From assembly GCA_049519175.1 (NCBI GenBank), contig JBEKQZ010000001.1, positions 17,021 through 81,020 of the forward strand: a DNA stretch of 64,000 bases. The letters are read 5' to 3'. Numbering within the stretch: position 1 is the stretch's first letter; every line of letters begins with the position of its first letter. The position numbers and the translations under genes were made by a program. Source of the stretch: Candidatus Levyibacteriota bacterium (GTDB taxonomy: Bacteria > Patescibacteriota > Microgenomatia > Levybacterales > UBA12049). Under the pieces are notes generated by a model. It saw nothing but the letters and a program-made list of their open reading frames with translations, was not told where the DNA came from and ran no database searches. This document shows positions 9,421-20,818 of this stretch, piece by piece.

Positions 9421-11088
9421 ATGCCTAAAGATCTTTTCAAAAGGGGTCTTAGCCTTCTTTTTAAACGTCAAAATAATATTTTATCCGCCGCCTTTGTCAT
9501 AATGGCAACGATTATTTTTTCACAGGTGTTGGGGCTAATTGGACAAAGGTTGTTGGTTTCTATTTTCGGCGCCTCAAACACCTTAGGTATTTTCCTCGCT
9601 TCTACCAGGCTACCGGATTTTTTATTCCAGATTTTAATTGCCGGGGCACTGGCTTCTGCCTTTATCCCGGTTTTTTCGGAGTATATCGTTAAGGGCAAAG
9701 AACAGGAAGGTCATCAAGTCGCTTCAACTCTGCTTTTTTTAAGTTTGGGAATTTTTGCTTTTTTTTCACTCATCCTTTTTATTTTCGCCAAACAACTCTC
9801 CACCTTGATGGCGCCCGGTTTTTCCAACGCCGAGTTGGATTTATTAACCAATCTAACCAGGATTGTTATTTTTGGAGAAATACTGTTTATTATCGGTAGC
9901 TTTTTGTCGGCAATTTTGCAATCTTATAACCGCTTTTTTATTCCCGGTTTTGCGGCTGCCCTTTATAACCTTGGAATTATCATCGGTATCCTGTTGTTTT
10001 CCTCTTTCTTGGGAATTTATGCCGCCGCCTACGGCGTGGTGATTGGCGCTTTGCTGTTTGTTCTGGCGCAAATTCCACTGGCTCACAAAATGGGTTTTTC
10101 CTTTAAGCCTTCGCTTTCTCTAGAATCAATTAAATCTTCGGGAGTATTGAGTGTTTTAAAGTTAATTTGGCCACGCACAATTTCCATCGCCGTTTTTCAG
10201 CTCGGAACAATTATTACCGTCACCATTGTTTCCTTTCTGCAAGACCCGGGCAGAAATTATGTCATTTTTGATTACGCCCAAACCTTGGCTTTTGCCCCGG
10301 TCGCTTTGTTTGGTCAGGCAATAGCCCAAGCCGCTTTCCCGGTTTTGTCAAAAGAAAAAGACCGACTCGAAGATTTTAAGGTGACTTTTATCACCAGTTT
10401 TAACCAAATGCTTTATTTGGTTTTGCCGATTTCGGTTTTGCTGTTGGTTTTAAGAATTCCTATCGTCAGGCTTATTTTCGGTGCCGGGCAATTTGACTGG
10501 GCGGCGACCGTTTTAACCGGCCGGACGCTGGCTTTTTTCAGCGTTTCAATTTTTGCCCAAGCCTTAGTTTATTTGGTTGCCAGAGGTTTTTACGCTTTGC
10601 ACGATACCCGGACGCCTCTAATTATCGGCGCGGTCACAACGGTACTAATGGTAGCAATGGCAGCTTGTTTTATCTTTTTTTACCACGCCGGAGTGGAAAG
10701 TATCGCCATTGCTTATTCGGTAGCGTCAATTCTAAATTTCCTCGTTTTGTTCATTTTTCTAGACAGGAAAGTTGGCGGTTTTGCTAAACTTTCTCTTTTA
10801 AAGACAGTGACAAAAATTTTCGTAGCCACTTTTTTTACCGCTTTTGCACTGTATGTCCCGATAAAACTTTTAGACCAGTTGGTTTTCGATACCACCAAAA
10901 CTATCAATCTAATTTTACTGACCGGAATTTCCAGTAGCATCGGATTGCTGTTATACCTTTTCTTAACTTGGCTGTTTGACGTCAAAGAGGCAACGATGTT
11001 TATCATGCTGTTCAAAAAACTGGGAGATTGGAGACAAATTTTACAAGGCAGTGAAGAGACAATTGACGCGACCCAATTTAATCCCTAA
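9421..11088 (+). CDS. murJ: Lipid II flippase MurJ (MviN)
   Basis: 555 aa, 14 predicted TM helices. N-terminal block ...LLVSIFGASNTLGIFLASTRLPDFLFQILIAGALASAFIPVFSEY matches the MurJ signature. Confidence 0.85.
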   Translation: MPKDLFKRGLSLLFKRQNNILSAAFVIMATIIFSQVLGLIGQRLLVSIFGASNTLGIFLASTRLPDFLFQILIAGALASAFIPVFSEYIVKGKEQEGHQVASTLLFLSLGIFAFFSLILFIFAKQLSTLMAPGFSNAELDLLTNLTRIVIFGEILFIIGSFLSAILQSYNRFFIPGFAAALYNLGIIIGILLFSSFLGIYAAAYGVVIGALLFVLAQIPLAHKMGFSFKPSLSLESIKSSGVLSVLKLIWPRTISIAVFQLGTIITVTIVSFLQDPGRNYVIFDYAQTLAFAPVALFGQAIAQAAFPVLSKEKDRLEDFKVTFITSFNQMLYLVLPISVLLLVLRIPIVRLIFGAGQFDWAATVLTGRTLAFFSVSIFAQALVYLVARGFYALHDTRTPLIIGAVTTVLMVAMAACFIFFYHAGVESIAIAYSVASILNFLVLFIFLDRKVGGFAKLSLLKTVTKIFVATFFTAFALYVPIKLLDQLVFDTTKTINLILLTGISSSIGLLLYLFLTWLFDVKEATMFIMLFKKLGDWRQILQGSEETIDATQFNP

Positions 11089-11105
11089 AATACTCTCATC
11101 ATTTT

Positions 11106-12851
11106 ATGTCTTTTAGTAACATCCGTAATTTTGCCATCATCGCTCACGTTGACCATGGAAAATCGACGTTGGCCGACCGCTTTTTGGAAATCACCAACAC
11201 AATTCAAAAGGATAAATTAAAAGAACAATTCTTGGATCAAAACCCGATTTCTAGAGAACGTGGCATCACCATTAAATTGGCACCGGTTCGGATGAAATAT
11301 GCAGTTGATGGACAGGAATATATCCTAAATTTAATTGACACTCCTGGGCACATGGATTTTTCCTACGAAGTCTCCCGGACTCTGGCGGCTTGCGAAGGAG
11401 CAATCCTTTTGGTTGATGCCACCAAGGGAATTCAGGCCCAGACGGTAGCGCATTTCAACGCGGCCAAGAAAGAAAACTTAACCATTATTCCGGCAATTAA
11501 TAAAATCGACCTTCCCACCGCCAACACGGAAGAAGTCACTAAAGATTTAATTGAGACTTTCGGGTTTAAACAGGAAGAAATTTATTATGTTTCGGCTAAA
11601 ACCGGAGAAAACACCAGACAGCTTTTGCAGGCGGTGGTGAAAAAAATTCCAGCTCCTAAAGTAAATGACAACGCGCCTCTGCGCGGCTTAGTGTTTGACG
11701 CGGTTTTCGATGAACACCGAGGCGTAGTTATTTTTACCAAATTATTTGATGGTAGTGTTAAAAAACAAGATAAACTGGAATTTATCCAGAATAAAACTAA
11801 AGTTGACGTGTCGGAAGTAGGATTTTTCTCGCCCTTTTTAATGTCCAAAGAGGAATTAACCGCCGGAGAAATCGGCTATATTGTCACCGGCTTAAAAGAT
11901 ATCCGCAGAACCCGGGTCGGAGACACAATCACAGCCCAAAATTTAAAAGGCAAAATGCAAAACTTAAATGTTCAGCCGTTGCCTGGATACGCAACGCCAA
12001 AGCCAATGGTCTTTTTTGGCGTTTACCCGCAAACTTCCAACGAATATGTTCACTTACGGGAAGCGCTGAATAAGCTATCACTCAATGACGGCTCATTAAC
12101 TATTTCCAATGAGTATTCGGCGTTTTTGGGCAGTGGCTTTCGGGTGGGATTTTTGGGACTTTTACACGCGGAAATTGTCAAAGAAAGATTAACCAAGGAA
12201 GAAGGCGTGGAGCCGATTTTAACGATGCCCAAAGTTTTATATGAAGAAAAAGATGGAAAGATGCTGGAGCCCTACATGATCTTAACGATTTTTGTTCCTG
12301 CCAGTTTTGTCGGCGCAGTGATGACAGTGGCACAAAATAAAAAAGGCACTCTTTTAGGCATCTCTTATCATAAAAACAACGCTATTTTGCAATATGAGAT
12401 GCCTTACTCGATGTTTATCCGCGGACTTTCGCCGGATTTAAAAAGCGCCACCCAAGGTTTTGCCAGTCTAGATTATGAAATCACCGGTTACAAAGAGGCG
12501 AGGTTGGTAAAAATGGACGTTCTTATTAACGGTAGCCCGATTGATGTTTTGTCAGAGCTGGTTTACGAAGATGAAATGAGTTCTGTCGCCCGCGAAAAAA
12601 CGGAAAAATTAAAAGAACATCTGCCAAAACAACAATTTAAGCAAATCATTCAGGCGGTGGTTGGGGCAAAAATCTTGGCCAGAACGGAAATTTCTCCTTA
12701 CCGCAAAGATGTGTTAGCCAAAATGTCCGGCGGAGACAGAACTCGGAAAGATAAATTACTGGAGGCGCAGAAAAAAGGAAAGAAAAAGATGGTTAATGTT
12801 TCAAAAGTACAGATTCCCCAGAAGGCATTGCTGTCGATGCTCAGAAGCTAG
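11106..12851 (+). CDS. lepA: Elongation factor 4 (LepA)
   Basis: NFAIIAHVDHGKSTLADRFLE G-domain. 581 aa, with the LepA-specific C-terminal domain. Confidence 0.95.
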   Translation: MSFSNIRNFAIIAHVDHGKSTLADRFLEITNTIQKDKLKEQFLDQNPISRERGITIKLAPVRMKYAVDGQEYILNLIDTPGHMDFSYEVSRTLAACEGAILLVDATKGIQAQTVAHFNAAKKENLTIIPAINKIDLPTANTEEVTKDLIETFGFKQEEIYYVSAKTGENTRQLLQAVVKKIPAPKVNDNAPLRGLVFDAVFDEHRGVVIFTKLFDGSVKKQDKLEFIQNKTKVDVSEVGFFSPFLMSKEELTAGEIGYIVTGLKDIRRTRVGDTITAQNLKGKMQNLNVQPLPGYATPKPMVFFGVYPQTSNEYVHLREALNKLSLNDGSLTISNEYSAFLGSGFRVGFLGLLHAEIVKERLTKEEGVEPILTMPKVLYEEKDGKMLEPYMILTIFVPASFVGAVMTVAQNKKGTLLGISYHKNNAILQYEMPYSMFIRGLSPDLKSATQGFASLDYEITGYKEARLVKMDVLINGSPIDVLSELVYEDEMSSVAREKTEKLKEHLPKQQFKQIIQAVVGAKILARTEISPYRKDVLAKMSGGDRTRKDKLLEAQKKGKKKMVNVSKVQIPQKALLSMLRS

Positions 12852-13993
12852 AGAGCGAATAAAAGAACAGCTCCGATTAGTGTGATAACAGCTCCGATAG
12901 TCCCAACTTGCACAAGATTAGTCGGACCGGTTGGCGGAAGTGGACTGACCTGCGCAATTACCGGAGTAGGTGTCGGTGTAGGCGTTGCGGTCGGAGCAGC
13001 CACAACGGTTGTAGTTCCTCCACCGGCGGTAATAGTGACAGAGCAATTAGCAGAACTACTCACGGCATTGTTGGCGTCGGTTAAGGTTGCGGTAGCAGTA
13101 TATGTGCCGGCGGTTGTATAGGAATGAGATTGTAAAACGCTGACGGAATTTGTACCTATTCCACCGGAGCCTGTAATATCTTGAGATTGACTGTCACCAA
13201 AATTAAAAGTAACTTTACTAATAGTGGAATTGCTACTTGAACCGGTAACGGTTAAATTCGTAGCCAAAGGCACTGCCCCGGAAGTGTTGTCGGCTGTCAG
13301 ACTTGAACAGGTTGGGGCGGCGCTAGACTGTGTCGAGGTCGGTGTCGGCGTTAAGGTCTCCGTAGGCGTCAACGTTTCTGTCGGCGTAGTTGTCACATTT
13401 GTGCCGGCAATTATCGTTAAAGCGGCTGGATTCGCGCTGGCCAAAACATTTTCGCTGGACTGGTCACTTGTGCCCAAAGATAAGACCTGTGTATCGTTGC
13501 CAAAGGTAATTTGAGTTGGACCAGAATCTGTCGTCGCAATCGCTTTAAAAGTAATAGTACCAATAGTCGTTGTCTGTTGCACTACTTGAGAGGGATCCCC
13601 GCCGGCAGAAAGAGTAATGGAAATTGTTCCGTTTCCGTAGGTTGGCCCCTGTAAAATATCCGGTAAAACATGCGTTGGGTTGACGGTAGTATTGGTGACG
13701 ATAAGACCCGCTCCGTCCGTTGCCAATTTTGTGCTGTCATACATGATTGTAAATTTGACGTAAGAAACCAGATTAGAGGTGGTAGCGGTAGCCGGATCAA
13801 CTTGAATGTTGAGATTGACATCGTCGCCAACGTGAATTGGCGCTTGCGATGCCGGAAGAATGCTGATCGTCGTCGCTGCCACGGCCGAGCTCTTAGTTTT
13901 TTGTTGTTGTTGGACCAAGAAGACGGTGACCGGAATTGCAACGAGCAAAACTACAATAAAGCCAATTAAAAGAATTTTCTTCATTGAAGACAT
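12848..13993 (-). CDS. Secreted surface protein (cohesin-like domain, Pro/Thr linker, PKD domain) ending in an LPPTG sorting signal plus TM segment
   Basis: Signal anchor MSSMKKILLIGFIVVLLVAIPV. Cohesin-like N-domain. TPTETLTPTETLTPTPTS linker. PKD-like ...HSYTTAGTYTATATLTDANNAV.... C-terminus ...VSPLPPTGPTNLVQVGTIGAVITLIGAVLLFAL. Convergent 4-nt overlap with lepA. Confidence 0.7.
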   Translation of the reverse strand: MSSMKKILLIGFIVVLLVAIPVTVFLVQQQQKTKSSAVAATTISILPASQAPIHVGDDVNLNIQVDPATATTSNLVSYVKFTIMYDSTKLATDGAGLIVTNTTVNPTHVLPDILQGPTYGNGTISITLSAGGDPSQVVQQTTTIGTITFKAIATTDSGPTQITFGNDTQVLSLGTSDQSSENVLASANPAALTIIAGTNVTTTPTETLTPTETLTPTPTSTQSSAAPTCSSLTADNTSGAVPLATNLTVTGSSSNSTISKVTFNFGDSQSQDITGSGGIGTNSVSVLQSHSYTTAGTYTATATLTDANNAVSSSANCSVTITAGGGTTTVVAAPTATPTPTPTPVIAQVSPLPPTGPTNLVQVGTIGAVITLIGAVLLFAL

Positions 13994-14046
13994 AATATTA
14001 TAAGTAAATCGTATCTTACCTGATGATAAGTGTCAAGTGAAAAGTA

Positions 14047-14102
14047 TTGACACTAAATCCTATTTGATGTATAAATGAGCAGTCACTTTAAGAGAGTGAT
14101 AT
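14047..14102 (+). promoter_or_regulatory. groES-groEL promoter (TTGACA-17-TATAAA) followed immediately by a CIRCE-like 9-9-9 inverted repeat (probable HrcA operator)
   Basis: TTGACA 14047-14052 and TATAAA 14070-14075. TGAGCAGTC-actttaaga-GAGTGATAT at 14076-14102, compared with the CIRCE consensus TTAGCACTC-N9-GAGTGCTAA (7/9 per arm). Confidence 0.55.
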
Positions 14103-14113
14103 TTTTTGAGCTT

Positions 14114-16089
<1,976 letters not shown>

Positions 16090-16096
16090 TCCTCAA

Positions 16097-16122
16097 AAAC
16101 CGCCAAGAGGCGGTTTGTTTAT
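16097..16122 (+). terminator. Rho-independent terminator after groEL
   Basis: AAACCGCC-aaga-GGCGGTTT hairpin (8-bp GC-rich stem) followed by gTTTaT, 8 nt after the groEL stop. Confidence 0.7.
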
Positions 16123-16157
16123 CGGAATTTTTACGCTATAATTAACAATACGATTCT

Positions 16158-16988
16158 ATGAAAAAAGTATTTTACATTCTTTCCCCAGTTGTTTTAGTCG
16201 TTTTAATTTTTGCCGCGATTTTACTTTTTCTAGCACAAAACAAAGGTAAAGGTGCTTTACAAGTAACCTCTGTACCGGTGGCCAATGTTTATTTAGACGG
16301 GAAATTATTGGGACAAACTCCGCTTTGTCAGTGTGAATTAAAAGATATGTTAACGGTTGGCGATTACACTTTAAGATTAGTGCCAACTCAAGGAGGATTT
16401 GAACCGTTTGAGCAAAAAATTACCATTGCGCCAAAAGTGCTAACAGTAGTTGACCAAACTTTTGCTGGACAGGGACTAGGTAGCGGCAGCGTTATCAATC
16501 TAACTCCGCTTACGGATGCTAAAGATATGCAGCTTTCAATTGTTTCGTTTCCGGGCAACGCGCAGGTTTTTCTGGATGATAATCCGGTGGGACAAACACC
16601 GCTTCTTTTGCAAAATATTACCGAGTCGGACCATGAATTAAAACTTTCGAAAGTTGGTTATAAAGATAAAATTATCAGAATCAAAACTACGCCCGGTTAT
16701 AAACTGGAAGCCTTAGTTTTTTTAGGCATTAATCCGGACGTTGCCGCCGCCACCGCTTCTGCTGCTTCGGCTTCAGCCAATTTACCGGTGGCCAAAGTTC
16801 TCATCTTACAAACTCCGACGGGTTTTTTAAGAGTGAGAGACCAGCCGTCTTTAGGTGGAAACGAAATAACCCAGGTAAAACCGGGGGAAACTTATCAACT
16901 GCTCGACGAGCGGACGGATTGGTATCAAATAAAACTCACCAATGGGCAAACTGGTTGGATTAGCTCCGAATATGCCCAAAAACAATAG
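16158..16988 (+). CDS. Secreted protein with two PEGA-like repeats and a C-terminal bacterial SH3 (SH3b) domain
   Basis: Signal anchor. VTSVPVANVYLDGKLLGQTP and IVSFPGNAQVFLDDNPVGQTP (PEGA-like). C-terminal ...RVRDQPSLGGNEITQVKPGETYQLLDERTDWYQIKLTNGQTGWISSEY (SH3b-like). Confidence 0.6.
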   Translation: MKKVFYILSPVVLVVLIFAAILLFLAQNKGKGALQVTSVPVANVYLDGKLLGQTPLCQCELKDMLTVGDYTLRLVPTQGGFEPFEQKITIAPKVLTVVDQTFAGQGLGSGSVINLTPLTDAKDMQLSIVSFPGNAQVFLDDNPVGQTPLLLQNITESDHELKLSKVGYKDKIIRIKTTPGYKLEALVFLGINPDVAAATASAASASANLPVAKVLILQTPTGFLRVRDQPSLGGNEITQVKPGETYQLLDERTDWYQIKLTNGQTGWISSEYAQKQ

Positions 16989-16990
16989 GA

Positions 16991-17938
16991 TTAACTGGGG
17001 TTGATGAAGTAAACTAAAGCAATTACCAAAATAGTCCAAATTACAACAGTGACCAATAATGGTCGGTCGGATAAAAGCACTTTCTCCGGACTTTCACCCT
17101 CATTTTTTTCATAAATATCCTGTAAATAACGCATTAGCCCATAAACGACCGGAATAATAGTTATCATCAACCATTTTCTTTGGAAAAAAGCCGGCAAGAA
17201 ATCCGGCATTAAAACGCCGATTGAAAGTTTAAACCCGGTCGGATTTTCCAAAAAAGTAAACAGCGCATAAGAAATAAAAGTCGAGGTGGCAAAAATAGAA
17301 GCATAAACATCCAACAGCCTTTCGGAATAATGAGATAAAGATTGTCTGGTAGCGGCAAGATCAAAATTTTTGGTGCCCGATAAAAGGGTGAGTTCGCTTC
17401 TTCGTTTACCAATTGCCAAGAAAAGCGAAATCGAAATTGTCGTTAACAAAAGCCAGACCGAAATATGGTAACCGCTGGCAAATTCTCCGGCATAAACCCG
17501 CAAAATATAGCCGGCGGCAATTAAAAGGATGTCAATAACCGCCACACTTTTTAAGAATGAGGAGTACAAAAATTGCATGACAAGATAGACTATTACTAAA
17601 ATGAAAAACGCGGGAGTAATCACTGCTGCCACGGAAAGAGAAACTATTATCAAGAAAGCGGCGATGATGATTGCCAGAAGAACCGGAACGTCCCCGTGAG
17701 CGATTGGTCGAAATCTTTTAAACGGGTGCAGTTTATCTTTTTTCGCATCAAAAATATCATTAATGACATAAGTGGCGCTGGATAATCCGCAAAACACAAA
17801 AAAGCCCAAGATTACTTTGGGCAGAACTGTTGGATCAAAAAGCTCGCCGGTAAAAGTTATGGCGGCAAAGATAGCCAAATTTTTAATCCATTGTCTTGGC
17901 CGCAAGAGCCGAAATATGTTATATGCTAGTTTCATCAT
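16991..17938 (-). CDS. UbiA-family prenyl-phosphate phosphoribosyltransferase (decaprenyl-phosphate 5-phosphoribosyltransferase-like, Rv3806c type)
   Basis: 315 aa, 8-9 TM. LRPRQWIKNLAIFAAITFTGELFDP...YVINDIFDAKKDKLHPFKRFRPIAHGDV (NDxxDxxxD motif plus the downstream RPIAxG block typical of DPPR synthase homologues). Confidence 0.6.
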   Translation of the reverse strand: MMKLAYNIFRLLRPRQWIKNLAIFAAITFTGELFDPTVLPKVILGFFVFCGLSSATYVINDIFDAKKDKLHPFKRFRPIAHGDVPVLLAIIIAAFLIIVSLSVAAVITPAFFILVIVYLVMQFLYSSFLKSVAVIDILLIAAGYILRVYAGEFASGYHISVWLLLTTISISLFLAIGKRRSELTLLSGTKNFDLAATRQSLSHYSERLLDVYASIFATSTFISYALFTFLENPTGFKLSIGVLMPDFLPAFFQRKWLMITIIPVVYGLMRYLQDIYEKNEGESPEKVLLSDRPLLVTVVIWTILVIALVYFINPS

Positions 17939-18995
17939 CGACGCGTTTTAGTAAAAATTGTAAGAAAAGTATAGTACCTCCGGCTAGAATTACCAGCATG
18001 ATAATTGCGAACAACTTTCCTTTGCTAGATAAGACTAGCGATAATGCGCCTAATATAGCAGAAATAGTCCAATAAAACAACGCAATCCGCCTTTGCCCAA
18101 AACCAAGGCTCAACAAGAGATGATGAAGATGTTTTTTGTCATGCCAAAAAGGAGATTTGCCGGATAAAATTCTTCTGGCAATTGTTATAAAACCGTCGGT
18201 CATCGGCACTCCCATTACCAAAATTGCCGTGGCCAATTTTGCGCCGGAAAGAATTGAAGCAACTGCCAAGATTAAATAAATGGCGGTTGCGCCGTAGCCG
18301 GGGAAAATTTTTGCCGGGTAAAAATTGTAGATCAAAAAACCTAAAGACGCGCCGGCAACAATAAAAGACAGCGCCGCCGCTGTGGCACTGGTTTGGTCAA
18401 GATGAGAAAAGCGAAGACTTAAGATGCCGATCACAATCGCCGAAATGGCCACAATTCCCGGCATCTGTCCGTCAACGCCTTTACTCCAATTTAACATATT
18501 CATGACCCAAACAATCCAAAGAACAGCGATTAAATCACCAGCAAAACTAATCACGGCGCCGTTAAGAAAGGGAAGTTGTAAATGACTAAAATTCAAAATC
18601 CCACCTAAAGGATTGGTAATAAAAGGAACGTTGGCGCCCATAAAAACGACGAAAACAGCGCAACAAATATTAATGACAAATCTTAAATATGGGGAAAGGT
18701 CGTATTTATCATCGACAACGCCGATTAGAAGCGAAGCGAAAGCCGCAATTAAAGTCGCAATAATTACTTTTGTCATTGGCAAAAAGAAAATACTGGCGAC
18801 TAACACTCCTATAAAAAGCGGAATTCCTCCGCCCCTCGGGATTATTTTTTCATGAATTATCGCGGGGTGCTGGTGCTTTTTAGGATCGTCAACAATATCC
18901 AGTTTTTTAAGAGCAACAAGACTTAAGGGCGTTGCGATAGCTGTGATTAGAAAAGAGAAAATTAAAGGGAAAATTGTAATATTTAAATTAAACAT
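17919..18995 (-). CDS. GT4-family polyprenyl-phosphate N-acetylhexosamine-1-phosphate transferase (WecA/TagO-like; MraY superfamily)
   Basis: 358 aa, about 10 TM. ...IPRGGGIPLFIGVL..., ...VGVVDDKYDLSPYLRF..., ...NMLNWSKGVDGQMPG.... Lacks the MraY-specific KxGTPTMGG block. Confidence 0.65.
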   Translation of the reverse strand: MFNLNITIFPLIFSFLITAIATPLSLVALKKLDIVDDPKKHQHPAIIHEKIIPRGGGIPLFIGVLVASIFFLPMTKVIIATLIAAFASLLIGVVDDKYDLSPYLRFVINICCAVFVVFMGANVPFITNPLGGILNFSHLQLPFLNGAVISFAGDLIAVLWIVWVMNMLNWSKGVDGQMPGIVAISAIVIGILSLRFSHLDQTSATAAALSFIVAGASLGFLIYNFYPAKIFPGYGATAIYLILAVASILSGAKLATAILVMGVPMTDGFITIARRILSGKSPFWHDKKHLHHLLLSLGFGQRRIALFYWTISAILGALSLVLSSKGKLFAIIMLVILAGGTILFLQFLLKRVDDETSI

Positions 18996-19348
18996 TAACT
19001 AATTTGCAGGATGATTTTAATAATAAAAAGAAAATTCATAAATGCCAAAATAAGCGTCACTGCGGCTACCATTCTGGCGATTAACGGACTTTTATTATAA
19101 ACAATTGAGGTAAAAATAAGGTTAAAAATAAATATCAAACCAAAGATAATGGTCGGAATAAAAATTCCCGGTGTTGCCGTAAGCCGGTCATTGCCCCAGG
19201 GAAGTTGGTTAAAGATGGGAATAAATGGAGGAAGGTTATGGTAACTTAGCAATATATATACAACAGTAAAAAGTGTTAACAGAAAACTAATCAAAAACCC
19301 ACGTAGTGCCAATTTATCGGAAGCGATATTATTAATAAAGTTTTTCAT
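18995..19348 (-). CDS. Small 3-4 TM membrane protein (possible GtrA-like flippase accessory)
   Basis: 117 aa, hydrophobic. Sits between the WecA-like and GT-C genes with 1-nt and 17-nt overlaps. Confidence 0.45.
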   Translation of the reverse strand: MKNFINNIASDKLALRGFLISFLLTLFTVVYILLSYHNLPPFIPIFNQLPWGNDRLTATPGIFIPTIIFGLIFIFNLIFTSIVYNKSPLIARMVAAVTLILAFMNFLFIIKIILQIS

Positions 19349-20816
19349 AAATATTTACTCCCTCAATATTTATTCGCCTGTCGTATCCGGCCAGCGAAAA
19401 GGGAAACTTGGAAACATTTGGCATTACCACAATAAATTTAGGTTTCGCCGTATCCAGTCCTGCCTTCGTGTTGCTATAACCGTCTTTGTAACTGGTGATA
19501 TGATAAGCCACCGTATACTTGCCCGGAGGAAGTTTATTTGTTAGCTTATAAACTTGTGCATTATTGCCCCAAATAAATAGATTATCGGAAGTTTTGGCAG
19601 ACAGATTGATAAAGTTGGCAATTTCGTAATCGCGGGGAGTACTTTGGTCAAAGAAGCTTTCATATGCGGTAACGCTTTGCTTATTCAATATAAACGCCGC
19701 AAAATTTTGATAGTAAAAAATAGTCTTAAAATAGAAGGAAAAACTTAGTAAAACTGCGATAAACGTAGCTAACATTAGCACTCCGGCCAGTTTGGAAAAG
19801 TGTTTGTTTAACATAAAAAGTCCGATGGTCAAACAAAAAGCGGGAAGTAAAACCAAAACATAATGCGTATAAGATCTTTGCGAAAAGTAGGCATTAAAAA
19901 GTGAAAAGGAAAGCCAAAGAGTAACAAAAGCAAAAGGCAGTCCGTAAATTTTCCTTTTCCAAAAAATAAAGAGCGAGAAGCTTCCTAAAAGTATTAATTT
20001 AAAAATTAGAAACCCCTGGGGAATAATAAATTGGTTGCCGTAACTGACATAGCCGATGTTAGAAAATAGAGTGGCGGTTAAAAAATCTTTAAAGGCGTGA
20101 GTAAAAAGAAAATAACAAGCCGTAATTGTAATGGGGATAATAAAGCCAATAGTAAAAGGCGCCAGATTTTTGATTTCATTTACTAAATTCTCAACTTTAA
20201 AAATATCTAAGAACCTTTTGGAATAATTGGCAAAGAATAAAAATCCGGCAAAAGCGGCAAAATCAAAAACTGCGACGATTTTAAACAGAAAAGACAACCC
20301 CAAGACTATGCCGGCTGATAACAGTATCAAGTATCTAGTATTTAGTATTTTGGTGTCTAGAGATCGCAGGACTAAGTATCCGGCGGAAATATTCAAAAGC
20401 AACATAAAATTTTCCGCGTTGGCGATATTGCCTTCGATTAAAGGCAGACCGAATAAAATAGCAAAGAGAAGTGTTATTACGAAACTAACCTTAGGATTGG
20501 CAAATAATCTTTTGCAAAGATAATAAAAGACGATAACCGATAATAGTCCGAAGATTAAAGACAAAAGCCGAATCATAAACTGGTCTGAATTAACGAAGCT
20601 ATAGAGAAGATAAAGTAGCGGTGGTTTGTTATCAAAAATGTCGCGGTATAAAAGCCGACCGGCTCTAATTGCGATTCCCAAGGTTTGATAGACCCCTTCG
20701 TCTCCATACCAGTCGGGCTCAAAAAGCGAGGGAAGCCGCAGGATAAAGAAAACTAAAGAAGCAGCGATTAAAAACCAGATGTCCCGGCTCTTTTCCAATT
20801 TTGCCAATAATTTCAT
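19332..20816 (-). CDS. GT-C fold membrane glycosyltransferase (ArnT/PMT-like, family 39 type)
   Basis: 494 aa, multi-TM. YGDEGVY acidic motif after TM1 (the DE motif of GT-C polyprenyl-P-sugar-dependent transferases). Confidence 0.6.
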   Translation of the reverse strand: MKLLAKLEKSRDIWFLIAASLVFFILRLPSLFEPDWYGDEGVYQTLGIAIRAGRLLYRDIFDNKPPLLYLLYSFVNSDQFMIRLLSLIFGLLSVIVFYYLCKRLFANPKVSFVITLLFAILFGLPLIEGNIANAENFMLLLNISAGYLVLRSLDTKILNTRYLILLSAGIVLGLSFLFKIVAVFDFAAFAGFLFFANYSKRFLDIFKVENLVNEIKNLAPFTIGFIIPITITACYFLFTHAFKDFLTATLFSNIGYVSYGNQFIIPQGFLIFKLILLGSFSLFIFWKRKIYGLPFAFVTLWLSFSLFNAYFSQRSYTHYVLVLLPAFCLTIGLFMLNKHFSKLAGVLMLATFIAVLLSFSFYFKTIFYYQNFAAFILNKQSVTAYESFFDQSTPRDYEIANFINLSAKTSDNLFIWGNNAQVYKLTNKLPPGKYTVAYHITSYKDGYSNTKAGLDTAKPKFIVVMPNVSKFPFSLAGYDRRINIEGVNIYEKLY

Positions 20817-20818
20817 AA

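Noticed and set aside
14075-14113. ORF-track start of groES at 14075
   Set aside because: It would place the start codon inside the -10 box and translate through the CIRCE-like operator, adding 13 residues absent from GroES proteins. The ATG at 14114 gives the canonical MIK..I.PL..RVL N-terminus.
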